Assembly: GCA_050250375.1 (NCBI GenBank)
Contig: JBFWOS010000002.1
Location: 645,149-709,148, forward strand
Length of the DNA stretch: 64,000 nucleotides
Direction of reading: 5' to 3'
Origin: Candidatus Omnitrophota bacterium
GTDB taxonomy: Bacteria; Omnitrophota; Gorgyraeia; Zapsychrales; Zapsychraceae
Part shown: positions 46,716-56,495 of the stretch, piece by piece
How the letters are laid out: every line of letters begins with the position of its first letter
How positions within the stretch are numbered: position 1 is the first letter of the stretch
Made by a program: the position numbers and the translations under genes
Notes under the pieces: generated by a model
Databases searched by the model: none
What the model saw: the letters and a program-made list of their open reading frames with translations, nothing else
What the model was told of the DNA's origin: nothing

Positions 46716-48809
46716 CTAACGGGTTTGCTGGAGCATCATGATTGTATGCTGGAATTTTTGTGAATACTTCTGCTGTATCCGCCGGAATTCCTCCTGTAAC
46801 GACTGACGTTCCTGATCGGAACGTGTTTTAATGATTTTGGGTTCATAATCCGCTTTAATGTCCGCCATGAGTTCTTTGTACGCTTCGTTCATTTCCTGGA
46901 TAAGTGTTGTCTTTGGATTGACGGATGTTTCCCGCTGGGCAGTGCCGCGGGTCTCTCCCCGGCGGCGGGCGTAAGGATCCTGTGTCGTTGACTCTTGCTG
47001 CCGGTCCCCCGGCGCAGACACCGGCGCGTTTTTGGAAACCGGCTTGTCCTTCATCTTGAGGATGGCATCGAACCTTTCCTGGTAAGGGTCCTCCTTCAAG
47101 CGGGTGCTAAACGTATTCGGCGCGTTTCCGGTCAGTTTTGATTCGATGTACTGCGCGCGTTTGGTCTGGGCGTTCATCAACCGCTCCCAGGCCGCCGTGT
47201 CCATGGGCGGGGCGGCTGTTTTCACCTTGGGTTCCCGAGGGATGTCCCTGGATATGATCTTCTCCGGTTTCGGCGGCGGCAGATACTTGGCCGGCACAGG
47301 TCCCGGCGGATCGCTTTCCTGAGCAGCGCCGGCCAGAACTAATCCCTCCTCCTGAAGCGACGGCAGGCCGTTGGCCGCGCGGACCAGATTCTCCCCGAGC
47401 TGTGTGATCGTGGCGCAGTCACAAGGATGGTCCTTAAAAAATTTTCCCAATTGATAGGCCTCATTGTTCTCCATCGTCGCGTTGATCTTGTCCTTAAAAT
47501 CTTTAACACCCATGTCGGTGTATTTTTTTTCGTTATGCATCATATCGTTCATGGACTTGGCGAAAAAATATTTGAACACCGCCGGCCGGTAATCATTCCA
47601 TTGGGGCGTAAACCGTTTATCGATATAAACCTCTTCATAGGTATCGCGGTACTGGCTTTCCTGGTGGCCGTCCATGTAATAGGTCGTGCTGATCTTTTCG
47701 GAAGACGGGATCAGGTATTTTTTGAATTCTTTCACGTAATCCTTGCAGCGGGTGGAAAAGATCTCCGCATAGGAATTGAAATACATCTTGAACTTCTCGT
47801 TATCCGCATACAGTTTGAAATCGCCGTCAAAAATACGCCGCGGCAGTTCGAAATCCTTATATTTAGCCCAAAACTCGTCATATTTATACACGACCCCAGG
47901 CTGCCGGGTCTGAAGGCTGTAATGGTCCCGGCGGTGGGCCGCGTTGACATATAAAACGTCATTTTTGTGTTCGATGAATCCGGCCAGGGTCAGGTCCTTG
48001 TTCTGCTTCGGATCATAATTGAAAAAAACGCTGTTGTCCGCGGACCGGCGCGGAGGGATCACTTCCAGCGTTCCGGAACGCAGTTGATATGAGTAAATAA
48101 TGATGCCTCGTTCGGGCCGCCAATGGCGTTCCGTGTCCAGTTCGTATTCATCTTTATAAAAATGGTGGACCAGCACGCCTTCGAGATTGCCGCAGCGGTT
48201 GAGAAAGGGTTTTAACGTCTCATTAAGCCCGGCGATAAAGTCCGCGTCCGGCACGCCGTTGGTCAGGGGGATGATCGTCGCCTGCGGATCGGAAACGTCG
48301 TGTTCGATATAAAGGTTAAAGACCGGGTTCGACTCCGAGACATACTGCTCGGACTCGATCTCGACGCGTTTGTATTCCTTGTCCAGCCATTCCTTACTGT
48401 CCTTCTGCTCTTGCATAAGATCATCGAGGACTGTTTGATATTCTTCGCGCGTAATCGTCTTATGCTGATAAAGCATTTTGGGAAGCTGGCGCATGTGTTC
48501 CTGGTTTTCATCCATGAACTTTTGCCACTGCTCATAGAGCGGTTTGGTGTGTTCTTTCTGATAAGCCCATTTGCGTTCCTGTGTGGAATCCCGCTCCTGG
48601 CTGGTCATGACAGGAAGCCGGGTGAACCGGGCCGGACAGGCGGCGGCCTCCCCGTTCCATTCGGCATCGGGCGAATAGACTTTATACCCCTGACCTTCGG
48701 CCAGCAGACGGCCGAACTTACTGGTTCGTTCCTCCCGTGCCCATTGTTCATCGGCAAAAGCCTGATTAACGTAAAGGAGTAAAAAACACAAATAAAGAAT
48801 CTTTTTCAA
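46716..48809 (-). CDS. Large secreted hypothetical protein
   Basis: Signal peptide MKKILYLCFLLLYVNQAFA. 697 aa rich in K/E/Y/W, with a Pro-rich segment. No known domain. Confidence 0.5.
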   Translation of the reverse strand: MKKILYLCFLLLYVNQAFADEQWAREERTSKFGRLLAEGQGYKVYSPDAEWNGEAAACPARFTRLPVMTSQERDSTQERKWAYQKEHTKPLYEQWQKFMDENQEHMRQLPKMLYQHKTITREEYQTVLDDLMQEQKDSKEWLDKEYKRVEIESEQYVSESNPVFNLYIEHDVSDPQATIIPLTNGVPDADFIAGLNETLKPFLNRCGNLEGVLVHHFYKDEYELDTERHWRPERGIIIYSYQLRSGTLEVIPPRRSADNSVFFNYDPKQNKDLTLAGFIEHKNDVLYVNAAHRRDHYSLQTRQPGVVYKYDEFWAKYKDFELPRRIFDGDFKLYADNEKFKMYFNSYAEIFSTRCKDYVKEFKKYLIPSSEKISTTYYMDGHQESQYRDTYEEVYIDKRFTPQWNDYRPAVFKYFFAKSMNDMMHNEKKYTDMGVKDFKDKINATMENNEAYQLGKFFKDHPCDCATITQLGENLVRAANGLPSLQEEGLVLAGAAQESDPPGPVPAKYLPPPKPEKIISRDIPREPKVKTAAPPMDTAAWERLMNAQTKRAQYIESKLTGNAPNTFSTRLKEDPYQERFDAILKMKDKPVSKNAPVSAPGDRQQESTTQDPYARRRGETRGTAQRETSVNPKTTLIQEMNEAYKELMADIKADYEPKIIKTRSDQERQSLQEEFRRIQQKYSQKFQHTIMMLQQTR

Positions 48810-48828
48810 TGAAACTTCCCCTTTACTT

Positions 48829-49275
48829 TTATCCCTGTATATCCGGCTCCACCAGGTTGGCCAAGAGCAGGAGTGATTCCTGCCAGCCCAGGTAACACAT
48901 TTCCGCCGGGATCATTGACGGGACTCCTTCCTGCGTGATGGACAGTTCCGTCCCGCAGGAGACTTCGCGCAATTCGATCGTGGCGGTCATTTCTCCCGGC
49001 AGGTTCGGGTCATCAAACTTGTCTGTGTAACGGATGCGTTTGCCCGGGACCAGCTCTACATAGGTGCCGCCGAAGGAATGGCTTTGTTTGGTCGTGAAAT
49101 TGGTGAACGACATTTTGTACGTTCCGCCGACTTTGACGTCCATGTGATGGACGGTACAGGTAAATCCGTACGGGGAAATCCATTTGGCGATGGCGTCCGG
49201 TTCAAGAAACGCCCGATAAAGTTTTTCCGGGGTGGTGCGCAAAACGCGGTGAAGACGAATGGTATTGGTTGACAT
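48829..49275 (-). CDS. SRPBCC / Aha1-domain protein
   Basis: 148 aa Aha1-like fold pattern (LHRVLRTTPEKLYRAFLEPDAIAKW). Confidence 0.6.
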   Translation of the reverse strand: MSTNTIRLHRVLRTTPEKLYRAFLEPDAIAKWISPYGFTCTVHHMDVKVGGTYKMSFTNFTTKQSHSFGGTYVELVPGKRIRYTDKFDDPNLPGEMTATIELREVSCGTELSITQEGVPSMIPAEMCYLGWQESLLLLANLVEPDIQG

Positions 49276-49337
49276 GATGGTCCTTTCCGTAATGGTTAAA
49301 TGGTTAACGGTTTATAGCGGTCAATCGGTTTTAAGTT

Positions 49338-50198
49338 TCATTGGGGCGCCTGCAGGCCCTTCAGATTTTCTTCATATTCTTTGGAAAACGTATATTTTCC
49401 GGTGCCGGGGAGTTTTCCCAGAAGACAGAGCCCGTACCAGATCGCGCAATTGATGCTGCCGACGATGATTCCGTATTGTTTGGTGAAGGCCTCCCGTTGG
49501 GACGCTTCTTTCATGAACTGCATCAGGACCAGGCCGTCCGCCAGGGTCAGGATCACCATCACCGGAACAAACCAGCAGAAGCCGAAGACCAGGCGTTTCA
49601 TCAGGGGGCGTTTGGGCCGTTCTCCTTTTTTAAGCTGTTCCTGCATTTTTTTGATTTCCTTCAGGGCCGGGAAGTAGATCAGGTCCATCCGCTGGAAAGT
49701 GATAAAGATAATCACCGCGGCAAAAAAGCAGACACCGAGCGCGCCGGCCTCGTCCGCGGTGAACGCGCCGTCACGCATTACCAGGACCACAGGGACCACG
49801 AACGCGAGACAGACGCGCTGGGCATCGCGATACCAGCGGTATAGTTTGATCTGGGAAACCTTGTTCTCAAGGATCATGCCCCAGAAGAACGACATGGCGA
49901 ACGGGATCAGTCCGATGAAGATCCCCCACTCCTTGGGAACGTGCAGCGCGCGAAAGAGCAGCACTGTCCCGCCGACGGCGGCGTAGATCATGAGCCCCAT
50001 GACGGGATAGACCATCCAGATAAACGGCGAAACCAAAATCAGGGTGTAAGCGACGCCGGGGACTTCGACTTTCTTACCAGCGCCTCCGAGGGTGTCTTCC
50101 AACGCCTTCTGTGACTTGCCCCTGTTATACTCCCCGCTGTCCATGCCGTGGTGATACTGGCCGCCGCGGTACCCCGCATTATAGTCGTCATTGCTCAT
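49338..50198 (-). CDS. Hypothetical polytopic membrane protein
   Basis: Gly/Tyr-rich cytoplasmic N-terminus then about 6 transmembrane helices. No known domain. Confidence 0.4.
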   Translation of the reverse strand: MSNDDYNAGYRGGQYHHGMDSGEYNRGKSQKALEDTLGGAGKKVEVPGVAYTLILVSPFIWMVYPVMGLMIYAAVGGTVLLFRALHVPKEWGIFIGLIPFAMSFFWGMILENKVSQIKLYRWYRDAQRVCLAFVVPVVLVMRDGAFTADEAGALGVCFFAAVIIFITFQRMDLIYFPALKEIKKMQEQLKKGERPKRPLMKRLVFGFCWFVPVMVILTLADGLVLMQFMKEASQREAFTKQYGIIVGSINCAIWYGLCLLGKLPGTGKYTFSKEYEENLKGLQAPQ

Positions 50199-50303
50199 CG
50201 TTTTTCCTCAATCAAGCTTTGTTAGTTCCTTCCCGTGGTCGCCCACGGTGTATTTCGGGATATTTTACCCGAAGCCGTCCACAAACACAAGATGATAACT
50301 TTT

Positions 50304-50612
50304 TTACGGCTTCCATTGAAACCGTGCCAAATCCACACGGCCTTCCTTTGAAAACACAATCCCTTCTTTCTTCAGAAGATCCTTCTGCAGGTCAGCAAAC
50401 GGGCGTTCGCTGATTTCCCCTTGGGCGTTGATCACCCGCTGCCACGGCACGTCCGAATGTTCATCCAGGGCGCTCAGCGCGTAACCCACCCGCCGGGCTT
50501 GCCGCGGGATCCCGGCAATCGCGGCAATCTGTCCATACGTCGCCACTTGTCCGCGGCGGATTTTCCGGACAGCCGCATAAATTTTTTCGTAGGTCGTCGT
50601 CTGTTTCGTCAT
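50304..50612 (-). CDS. MGMT-family protein, the DNA-binding domain of methylated-DNA-protein-cysteine methyltransferase only
   Basis: VATYGQIAAIAG...PWQRVINAQGEIS. Confidence 0.7.
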   Translation of the reverse strand: MTKQTTTYEKIYAAVRKIRRGQVATYGQIAAIAGIPRQARRVGYALSALDEHSDVPWQRVINAQGEISERPFADLQKDLLKKEGIVFSKEGRVDLARFQWKP

Positions 50613-50623
50613 AGGTTCACGTG

Positions 50624-50677
50624 AAAAAGGTGACGGACACCGTTTTTCAATATAAAAACGGTGTCCGTCACCTTTTT
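50624..50677. terminator. Perfect palindromic terminator, identical to 63004-63057
   Basis: aaaaaggtgacggacaccgtttttcaatataaaaacggtgtccgtcaccttttt. Confidence 0.7.
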
Positions 50678-51315
50678 AGACACTTCTTGAGCAGCCAGAC
50701 ATTTTCTCTGGCCGGGCATTTTCCCTTTAATCCGCCCGGGATATTTGTGCTTTCCATGAACGTTAAATGATAACTGCCGTTGTAGTGTTCATGGATTTCA
50801 TCGTTGCTCACGGAAAACGGCGGGCCGTCCATCAGGGTCTGATCATACTCGAAACTTAAAAGCAGTTGCGGCGTCTTATCCGTGATTGTTTTTAAGTGTT
50901 TTGTATAACGGCCCCTCATTTCTTCGGGCAGGGCGACCAGAGCGGCCCGGTCGTAAACGGCGTCAACAGGGCCGAGCATTGTTCCGGATAATTGAAAGAT
51001 ATCCCCGACAAAGATGTCGATGTTTTCCGCGCGGTAAAGAGTCATGCCGCCAACAACGGAAATGTCCGGTTCCAATCCAAGGCCCGTAAACAGTTGTTCA
51101 ACGGCCATCCGGCTCAATTCAGCGCCGGCCACACGATAACCGTTCCTTAACAACCAGGTTATATCCAGCGTCTTGCCGCATAAGGGTAGAAAAACACGAT
51201 TGCCTTTTGATAAAGACAGGTTTTTGAAATGTTTGAGCAGCGCGGGGTTGACTTCATTGGCGTGGAAAGCGATATCATTTGTTTCCCATTTCTCATGCCA
51301 GAATTTTGAGTCCAT
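50668..51315 (-). CDS. tpm: Thiopurine S-methyltransferase family protein
   Basis: FWHEKWETNDIAFHANEVNPALLKHF is the TPMT N-terminal signature. Confidence 0.72.
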   Translation of the reverse strand: MDSKFWHEKWETNDIAFHANEVNPALLKHFKNLSLSKGNRVFLPLCGKTLDITWLLRNGYRVAGAELSRMAVEQLFTGLGLEPDISVVGGMTLYRAENIDIFVGDIFQLSGTMLGPVDAVYDRAALVALPEEMRGRYTKHLKTITDKTPQLLLSFEYDQTLMDGPPFSVSNDEIHEHYNGSYHLTFMESTNIPGGLKGKCPARENVWLLKKCLKR

Positions 51316-51375
51316 AAAATGTGTCCAGGGTAACGGGTTATTTAGAAAACACCTGATTACAAATGGGAAGATATC

Positions 51376-51570
51376 TTAATGTTCATCATCTTCATCGGCC
51401 ATTTTTTTAAGGACGATGGCGATGGTTTCGGCATCGATTCCGGCTTCCCGCATCAGCGACCGGGCGGATTTAAGATTGTCCGCGTCAACCGCCTCAAAAA
51501 ATTCTTCCAGTTTGTCAATGCGGGCGAGCTTCTCCAACACGAGGGTGCCTTCAAAATCGTCTTCGTCCAT
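51376..51570 (-). CDS. Small acidic hypothetical protein
   Basis: 64 aa, D/E-rich. Weak call. Confidence 0.3.
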   Translation of the reverse strand: MDEDDFEGTLVLEKLARIDKLEEFFEAVDADNLKSARSLMREAGIDAETIAIVLKKMADEDDEH

Positions 51571-51583
51571 AGTGTACCCGCGG

Positions 51584-52012
51584 TTATTTTTTAGATTCCA
51601 GAATGTTCTTTAACGTGCTGATATCGTTTTGAATCATGGACGCGTCGGCCTGAAACGCCGCCTCATCCATGTCCGGCTGGCGGAACAGGGTAAAAATAAC
51701 CTCGCTGCCCGGGCCGTTGGCCACCACCCGCATCGGATTATAAAACAGCACACCCGACTCCAGCTCGACTTCGTGGTCCAAGACCCCGTATTCATTCGGA
51801 GGATCGAAGCGTATTTTTATTTTGCCCATGGGGGAATCGGCAATCCATTCGCCGTTTTTCTCGGTGATCGACCCGCTTAGACCCGAGGCCCAGGCCGGCA
51901 GGTTGGCCGGGTCAGAAGCGTAGGCATAGACATCCGCGGGTCTGCGGTTGATTGAAACACTGATATGACGCGCTTCCAGTAACGTTGGTGCCATAACGGT
52001 CCCTCCCTTCAC
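51584..52012 (-). CDS. SRPBCC-like / polyketide-cyclase-fold protein
   Basis: 142 aa. Fold inferred from its pattern only. Confidence 0.4.
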   Translation of the reverse strand: MKGGTVMAPTLLEARHISVSINRRPADVYAYASDPANLPAWASGLSGSITEKNGEWIADSPMGKIKIRFDPPNEYGVLDHEVELESGVLFYNPMRVVANGPGSEVIFTLFRQPDMDEAAFQADASMIQNDISTLKNILESKK

Positions 52013-52020
52013 ACGTCTTG

Positions 52021-52422
52021 TTATTTCGAAAACAACGGTTTGTATTTTTTCCAGTATCCGCTCATGGCGATGATCTGCAGGAGTCCCATCACGGCCGGCA
52101 GGACCATCTCGTTGACGCCGGGTGTTAAAAACGCGTGGTACAGAAAAATATGCAGGGTCACCGGGGCGAGGATGACCAGCGACAACGGCGCGGCCAGTCC
52201 GGTCAACAGCAGTAATCCGCCGATGACCTCGGTGATTTTAAGGAGCGGGAAAAAATACCCGGTGCCCATCATGCCCTCCATGAACGCCATGGCCGCCGGA
52301 GGCATTGCCGGCTGTTCAGGCATGGTCATCAGGCCCAATGCCATGGCCAGCCCCATCCCTCCGAAGACTAAATAAATCAAACCCAGAAGTATCCTTGCGC
52401 CTAACTGAATTTTTCGTGCCAT
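52021..52422 (-). CDS. DoxX-family membrane protein
   Basis: 133 aa with 4 transmembrane helices and DoxX-like topology. Confidence 0.6.
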   Translation of the reverse strand: MARKIQLGARILLGLIYLVFGGMGLAMALGLMTMPEQPAMPPAAMAFMEGMMGTGYFFPLLKITEVIGGLLLLTGLAAPLSLVILAPVTLHIFLYHAFLTPGVNEMVLPAVMGLLQIIAMSGYWKKYKPLFSK

Positions 52423-52486
52423 TTCATTTTCCTTTATAGATGATTTCCCCGCGGTTTGTTCGTTTAAAGAAACGGCGGGACCAATT

Positions 52487-54193
52487 TTATTTAAAGACAG
52501 AATCGAACTGGTTGACCACGGCGCTGGCCTTCTGCGTCGGGTGGCCGGGCATCTTGCTGGACATCACCAGCGGTTTGCCGAATTTGTCGACCACCAGAAG
52601 TCCGGGCGTCTGGAACATGCCCAGCCCGTTCATCAGGAAATACATCCGTCCCTTCTGGTAAGCCGGCACCGTCGGCCAGGGCATGGATTCCTTTTTCATG
52701 TAGGCCAGCATCGGGGGAAGGGTGTCTTCCCACGGCCAGACCACAAAGGCAACGTCATCACGCCCGGCGAAATATTGATTGTAATGTTTCACGAACTCCG
52801 GCGTGAACGCGTGGCAGAACCCGCAGGTGGATGCCGCCATATAGAATACGTAATACTTGGCATCCTTGACGGACACGGGTTTTCCGTTTGCGTCCACGGT
52901 GTTCAGGCCTTTGAGGATTTCCGCCACCACTCCCGGTCGTTCATCCACGGGAATCGCGGCCAGTTTGCTCGCGCGGTTAAAGACATCCGTATATTTGGCG
53001 TCCATCAATAAAAGTTCGGATGAGCGCGGATCATAGACACCGACTTTGTTGTTCGCGCGCACCTCCACCAGGTCCACTTCACTGCCCTCTTTAAAGGCCA
53101 GTCTTCCAAAACTGACCGCTTCAAGGATATTTACTTTGGACGGCCACAGGGAACGGTCCTGCGCGATAATCGCAAAGGTCAGCGCGCGTTGTTCCGGCGT
53201 TAAGGTCGCCCAATTAGTGTTGGCATCCGCGAGCAGGGTGGTTTCATTGGCCGCGAATGTGAGGGTGTACCCCTTAGGCGCGAGCAGGACAACCTCAGCG
53301 GCGGTCACATCATAGACCTTCATTTTCAGCCCCGCGTTGAGCGGTTCGCCGTCCACGGTGATGCTGACCAATAATGTAGTCTGTTCCGGCCAGCGTTCCG
53401 GACGGCCGATGAGATCCCGCCAGGTCAATTTGGGGACCGGCGCGTTGTTCGCTGGAGCGGCTGTCTGATTTGTTGTTGATGCCGCAGCGGCTGGTTTTGT
53501 CTTGTCCGCGGCCGCGGTCTGGGTGTTTCCTTTGGATGTGACCGATGCCAGAATGGTCGTGAAATAATCCTTTTTATATCCGCCGTCGGCGTAAAGCTGG
53601 CCGTTTTCTTCCCAGATAAAGGTCGGCGACACCAGGCTTTGGCTGCGCCAGCCGTTTTTCTGCAGGGTCGGAATAATGCTTCCGGTCACGGCGGACTGGA
53701 CCGCGTTATAGGCATCAATGGATTCATCAGTACTGTCACCGGCCGGGGCGGTTTTTTGTTTTTTCATGAAGGCGTGGTAATCCTTGATGTTGCGCGAAAG
53801 CGCGAGCGCCGCGGTTTCATTGACCGAGCGCTGGTTCACGGGATAAAAAATGTAACGCGCCTCTACACCCGGGATCGTGCCGTTATAGTCTTTGTATAAC
53901 TGCTGGCAGTACGGACAGTCGGAAAATTCAAACACGTACAGGACCGGACCGCTGCCTTCTTTCGCGTAAGGCAGCTGTTCGAGCGTTTTTTTGAGTTTGT
54001 CCCCGCCGTTTTTGATCGGGATGCTGGCGGCCGGCGCCGCCGAAGCCAGCCGTCCCGTGATCATGACACCCGCCATGACCAGTCCGATAAGACTGATGAT
54101 TTTCTTCATAACTCCTCCGTTCGTTTTAAGAAATCCGGAATATTCAAGTTCCGGTTTTATTTGATTCTGCTTCGCATACCACGGTGCTTGCAT
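52487..54193 (-). CDS. Secreted tandem thioredoxin-fold protein (DsbA/thiol-disulfide oxidoreductase-like)
   Basis: Signal peptide and two CxxC motifs (DCPYCQQ, CGFCHAF) separated by an Ala/Thr-rich linker. Confidence 0.6.
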   Translation of the reverse strand: MQAPWYAKQNQIKPELEYSGFLKTNGGVMKKIISLIGLVMAGVMITGRLASAAPAASIPIKNGGDKLKKTLEQLPYAKEGSGPVLYVFEFSDCPYCQQLYKDYNGTIPGVEARYIFYPVNQRSVNETAALALSRNIKDYHAFMKKQKTAPAGDSTDESIDAYNAVQSAVTGSIIPTLQKNGWRSQSLVSPTFIWEENGQLYADGGYKKDYFTTILASVTSKGNTQTAAADKTKPAAAASTTNQTAAPANNAPVPKLTWRDLIGRPERWPEQTTLLVSITVDGEPLNAGLKMKVYDVTAAEVVLLAPKGYTLTFAANETTLLADANTNWATLTPEQRALTFAIIAQDRSLWPSKVNILEAVSFGRLAFKEGSEVDLVEVRANNKVGVYDPRSSELLLMDAKYTDVFNRASKLAAIPVDERPGVVAEILKGLNTVDANGKPVSVKDAKYYVFYMAASTCGFCHAFTPEFVKHYNQYFAGRDDVAFVVWPWEDTLPPMLAYMKKESMPWPTVPAYQKGRMYFLMNGLGMFQTPGLLVVDKFGKPLVMSSKMPGHPTQKASAVVNQFDSVFK

Positions 54194-54411
54194 CGGGGTT
54201 GGACGTCGGGCAGAATCATCTCTGCGAAGCTCGAACGTGAAAACATTCGAGCGTAGCAGGATGGGTATGCTTCGCAGAATGAACCGATTGTCCTCGAGGG
54301 CGAGGTTATTGTTTTATATGAGCGAGCTAAAGCCGTTGTCAGATACCCCGCATCTTGATGCGGGGAGCTGGGTTCATTTTTCAACCGCCATTAAGTACGG
54401 GGCCCCCTGAA

Positions 54412-54924
54412 TTAGTCCACACGTTCGCCTTCGTAATAATCCACCGACGGCTGTTCCTTGATAATGAATTTCACTTTCGCGCCCATGACCCCGGTCTTGG
54501 GATCAGCGCAGCCGACCGCGGCCAATTTTTTGGAATCCGGGTAGCCGACCACTTCGGTCGAAAGAAGTGTGGACAGGCACAGATACCGCAGCGGCCCGGT
54601 TCCGGTATTTTTGATACTGTGCGCATGCTCCGGCCCGGGCGGGTACGCGATGTAATCACCGGCGCCCACGGTGACGGTATCGGCGCCGATCCGCGTTTCG
54701 CCCGTCCCTTCGAGGATGTAAACCCCTTCTTCATTCGCGCAGTGATAATGATAAGGAAAGGCGGTCTTGCCCGGCGGCACTTCATACCAGGAACAACCGA
54801 TCATGCTCCCGCCGCTCACCGGTCCGCCGACCCGTTTTCCGGTAAACGCAAACTTCGAGCCCTTGGCTTGGACCCGCGGTTCAACTTCACTGATATTGGT
54901 GATGTTAGGATGCTTCTTGCCCAT
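54412..54924 (-). CDS. Cupin-domain protein
   Basis: HYHCANEEGVYILEGTGE cupin motif 1 (H-x-H...E...G). Confidence 0.7.
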   Translation of the reverse strand: MGKKHPNITNISEVEPRVQAKGSKFAFTGKRVGGPVSGGSMIGCSWYEVPPGKTAFPYHYHCANEEGVYILEGTGETRIGADTVTVGAGDYIAYPPGPEHAHSIKNTGTGPLRYLCLSTLLSTEVVGYPDSKKLAAVGCADPKTGVMGAKVKFIIKEQPSVDYYEGERVD

Positions 54925-54964
54925 CTCGTCTCTCCTAGTGATTTTAGATTAATTTTACTTATAG

Positions 54965-55708
54965 TTAATTGTCATCAAAAGCAATCCAAGGCTCTTGATA
55001 AATTTTTTTTGATTGTAAAAATTTAATTTTTGGAAATAGATTAACCATTTGGTTCAAAATTGCTGGATTAATGTTACACCCACAATAGACAGTTTTAATA
55101 TTGTCGGGCAAAAGATAGTATTCTTTGTCTTGAATGATTCGAAATTCACCTTCATACTCCCACTTCGACAATTTTGTAATTAGGGCTCTGTACGCCTGGG
55201 ATTCTCGTATTTGCGAACCTTTACCATCTAATATATCAGGAAATTCTCTTGCGTATTCCACCTCGTAAATTGACGTATTAAATTTATATTGAGTTTTATA
55301 TTTATCATCTTCATCTTTTGGTTGATTATGTGCAAAAGTAATTTCGTCATTAGGAATATCAATTTCAATTGCAATCCCAGAATGACCATTTGCATAATGG
55401 GCCCATAATAAAATGTCATTCTTATTCTTGGATAAAGCGCATACTTTTTTTGAGTATAGAATTTCCTGGAATTCTGCTGCGTACGGGTCCGAATGAGTAA
55501 TATCCTTCCAGTTTCCAAAAACAGTTCTTGTAATAACCCCATTTTCCATTTTCACAGTCCTTTCTGTGTTAGTTGAATATCGAATCAAACAATATCCTTC
55601 GAAGGGGTCATTAAATTTTCTCACATCCGAACAATGCAGACGGTTATTTATTAGAATGTCGTATACATACTGTAAGTTATCAAGTAAACGAAATTTATAA
55701 AGCTTCAT
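54965..55708 (-). CDS. DUF2971-domain protein
   Basis: MKLYKFRLL...FNDPFEGY N-terminal signature. Confidence 0.65.
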   Translation of the reverse strand: MKLYKFRLLDNLQYVYDILINNRLHCSDVRKFNDPFEGYCLIRYSTNTERTVKMENGVITRTVFGNWKDITHSDPYAAEFQEILYSKKVCALSKNKNDILLWAHYANGHSGIAIEIDIPNDEITFAHNQPKDEDDKYKTQYKFNTSIYEVEYAREFPDILDGKGSQIRESQAYRALITKLSKWEYEGEFRIIQDKEYYLLPDNIKTVYCGCNINPAILNQMVNLFPKIKFLQSKKIYQEPWIAFDDN

Positions 55709-55859
55709 AGTGTCCAGCCATAGTTTCCATGCGCTTCTCGGTACACGTCCCGTAATTCCGGAGACACATCCTTAAAAAATACCGGGGACAGCATACTTAA
55801 TTACCCATAATTATATATTGTGTCCCCAGAGTTCTTAAAAGTTTGCGGATTACTAATAT

Positions 55860-56474
55860 TTAATCAGCATTAACCTCTTCTTCTGTAGGAAAATTTGAAA
55901 ATCTCTTGTTATATTTACGGACATCTTTTTGTGTCCAGAAAATATCTTTAACATTACGTATTCTTTTAAATTCATTTATCAAAGCAGCTGATAATCGGGT
56001 ATTATATTTTTTCGCCATTTTTAAAAATACGAGATCTTTTAACAAATAAACTTCGGTTCTGCCTCCCTTATATTTTGTCAATATCTCTAATATCTTATCA
56101 ATTGGAAGTTTCCCCTTTGGTTCAAGGTACAATACCATTTTATTCGAAGCAAATTTCTTTGTATCTTTATTAATCTTGTTGCACGTTTCAAAGACGACCT
56201 GAACAGCTTTTTTCAGCGGTATGTTGAAGAATTCTCTTTTTTTATTTATTCGGTTTAAATCTAATCTTTTGTGAATTAAGTTTTCAGCTAAAATCGAATC
56301 AAAAACATCTTCCTCATAAAGAACTTCAAATTCGGAAGGTATGCCAGTACCTGAAGAAATTTCTTTTGCTCGTGTCTCCGAAATCCTACTCGTTCTCCCA
56401 ATTTTAATGATGGCATCCTTGTGATAAGGATTACGCAATATATAAATTTTACCTGCCTTCTTATTATTCATCAA
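55860..56474 (-). CDS. T5orf172 / MUG113 (GIY-YIG-like) domain protein
   Basis: GKIYILRNPYHKDAIIKIGRT matches the T5orf172 core (G.VY.L.N....KIG.T). Confidence 0.7.
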   Translation of the reverse strand: MMNNKKAGKIYILRNPYHKDAIIKIGRTSRISETRAKEISSGTGIPSEFEVLYEEDVFDSILAENLIHKRLDLNRINKKREFFNIPLKKAVQVVFETCNKINKDTKKFASNKMVLYLEPKGKLPIDKILEILTKYKGGRTEVYLLKDLVFLKMAKKYNTRLSAALINEFKRIRNVKDIFWTQKDVRKYNKRFSNFPTEEEVNAD

Positions 56475-56495
56475 ACTCTTGGATTCCCAGAATTT

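Noticed and set aside
54157-54384. 75 aa minus-strand ORF in the cupin/thioredoxin intergenic region
   Set aside because: Low-complexity translation of a region dominated by nested inverted repeats. More likely a structured non-coding leader.
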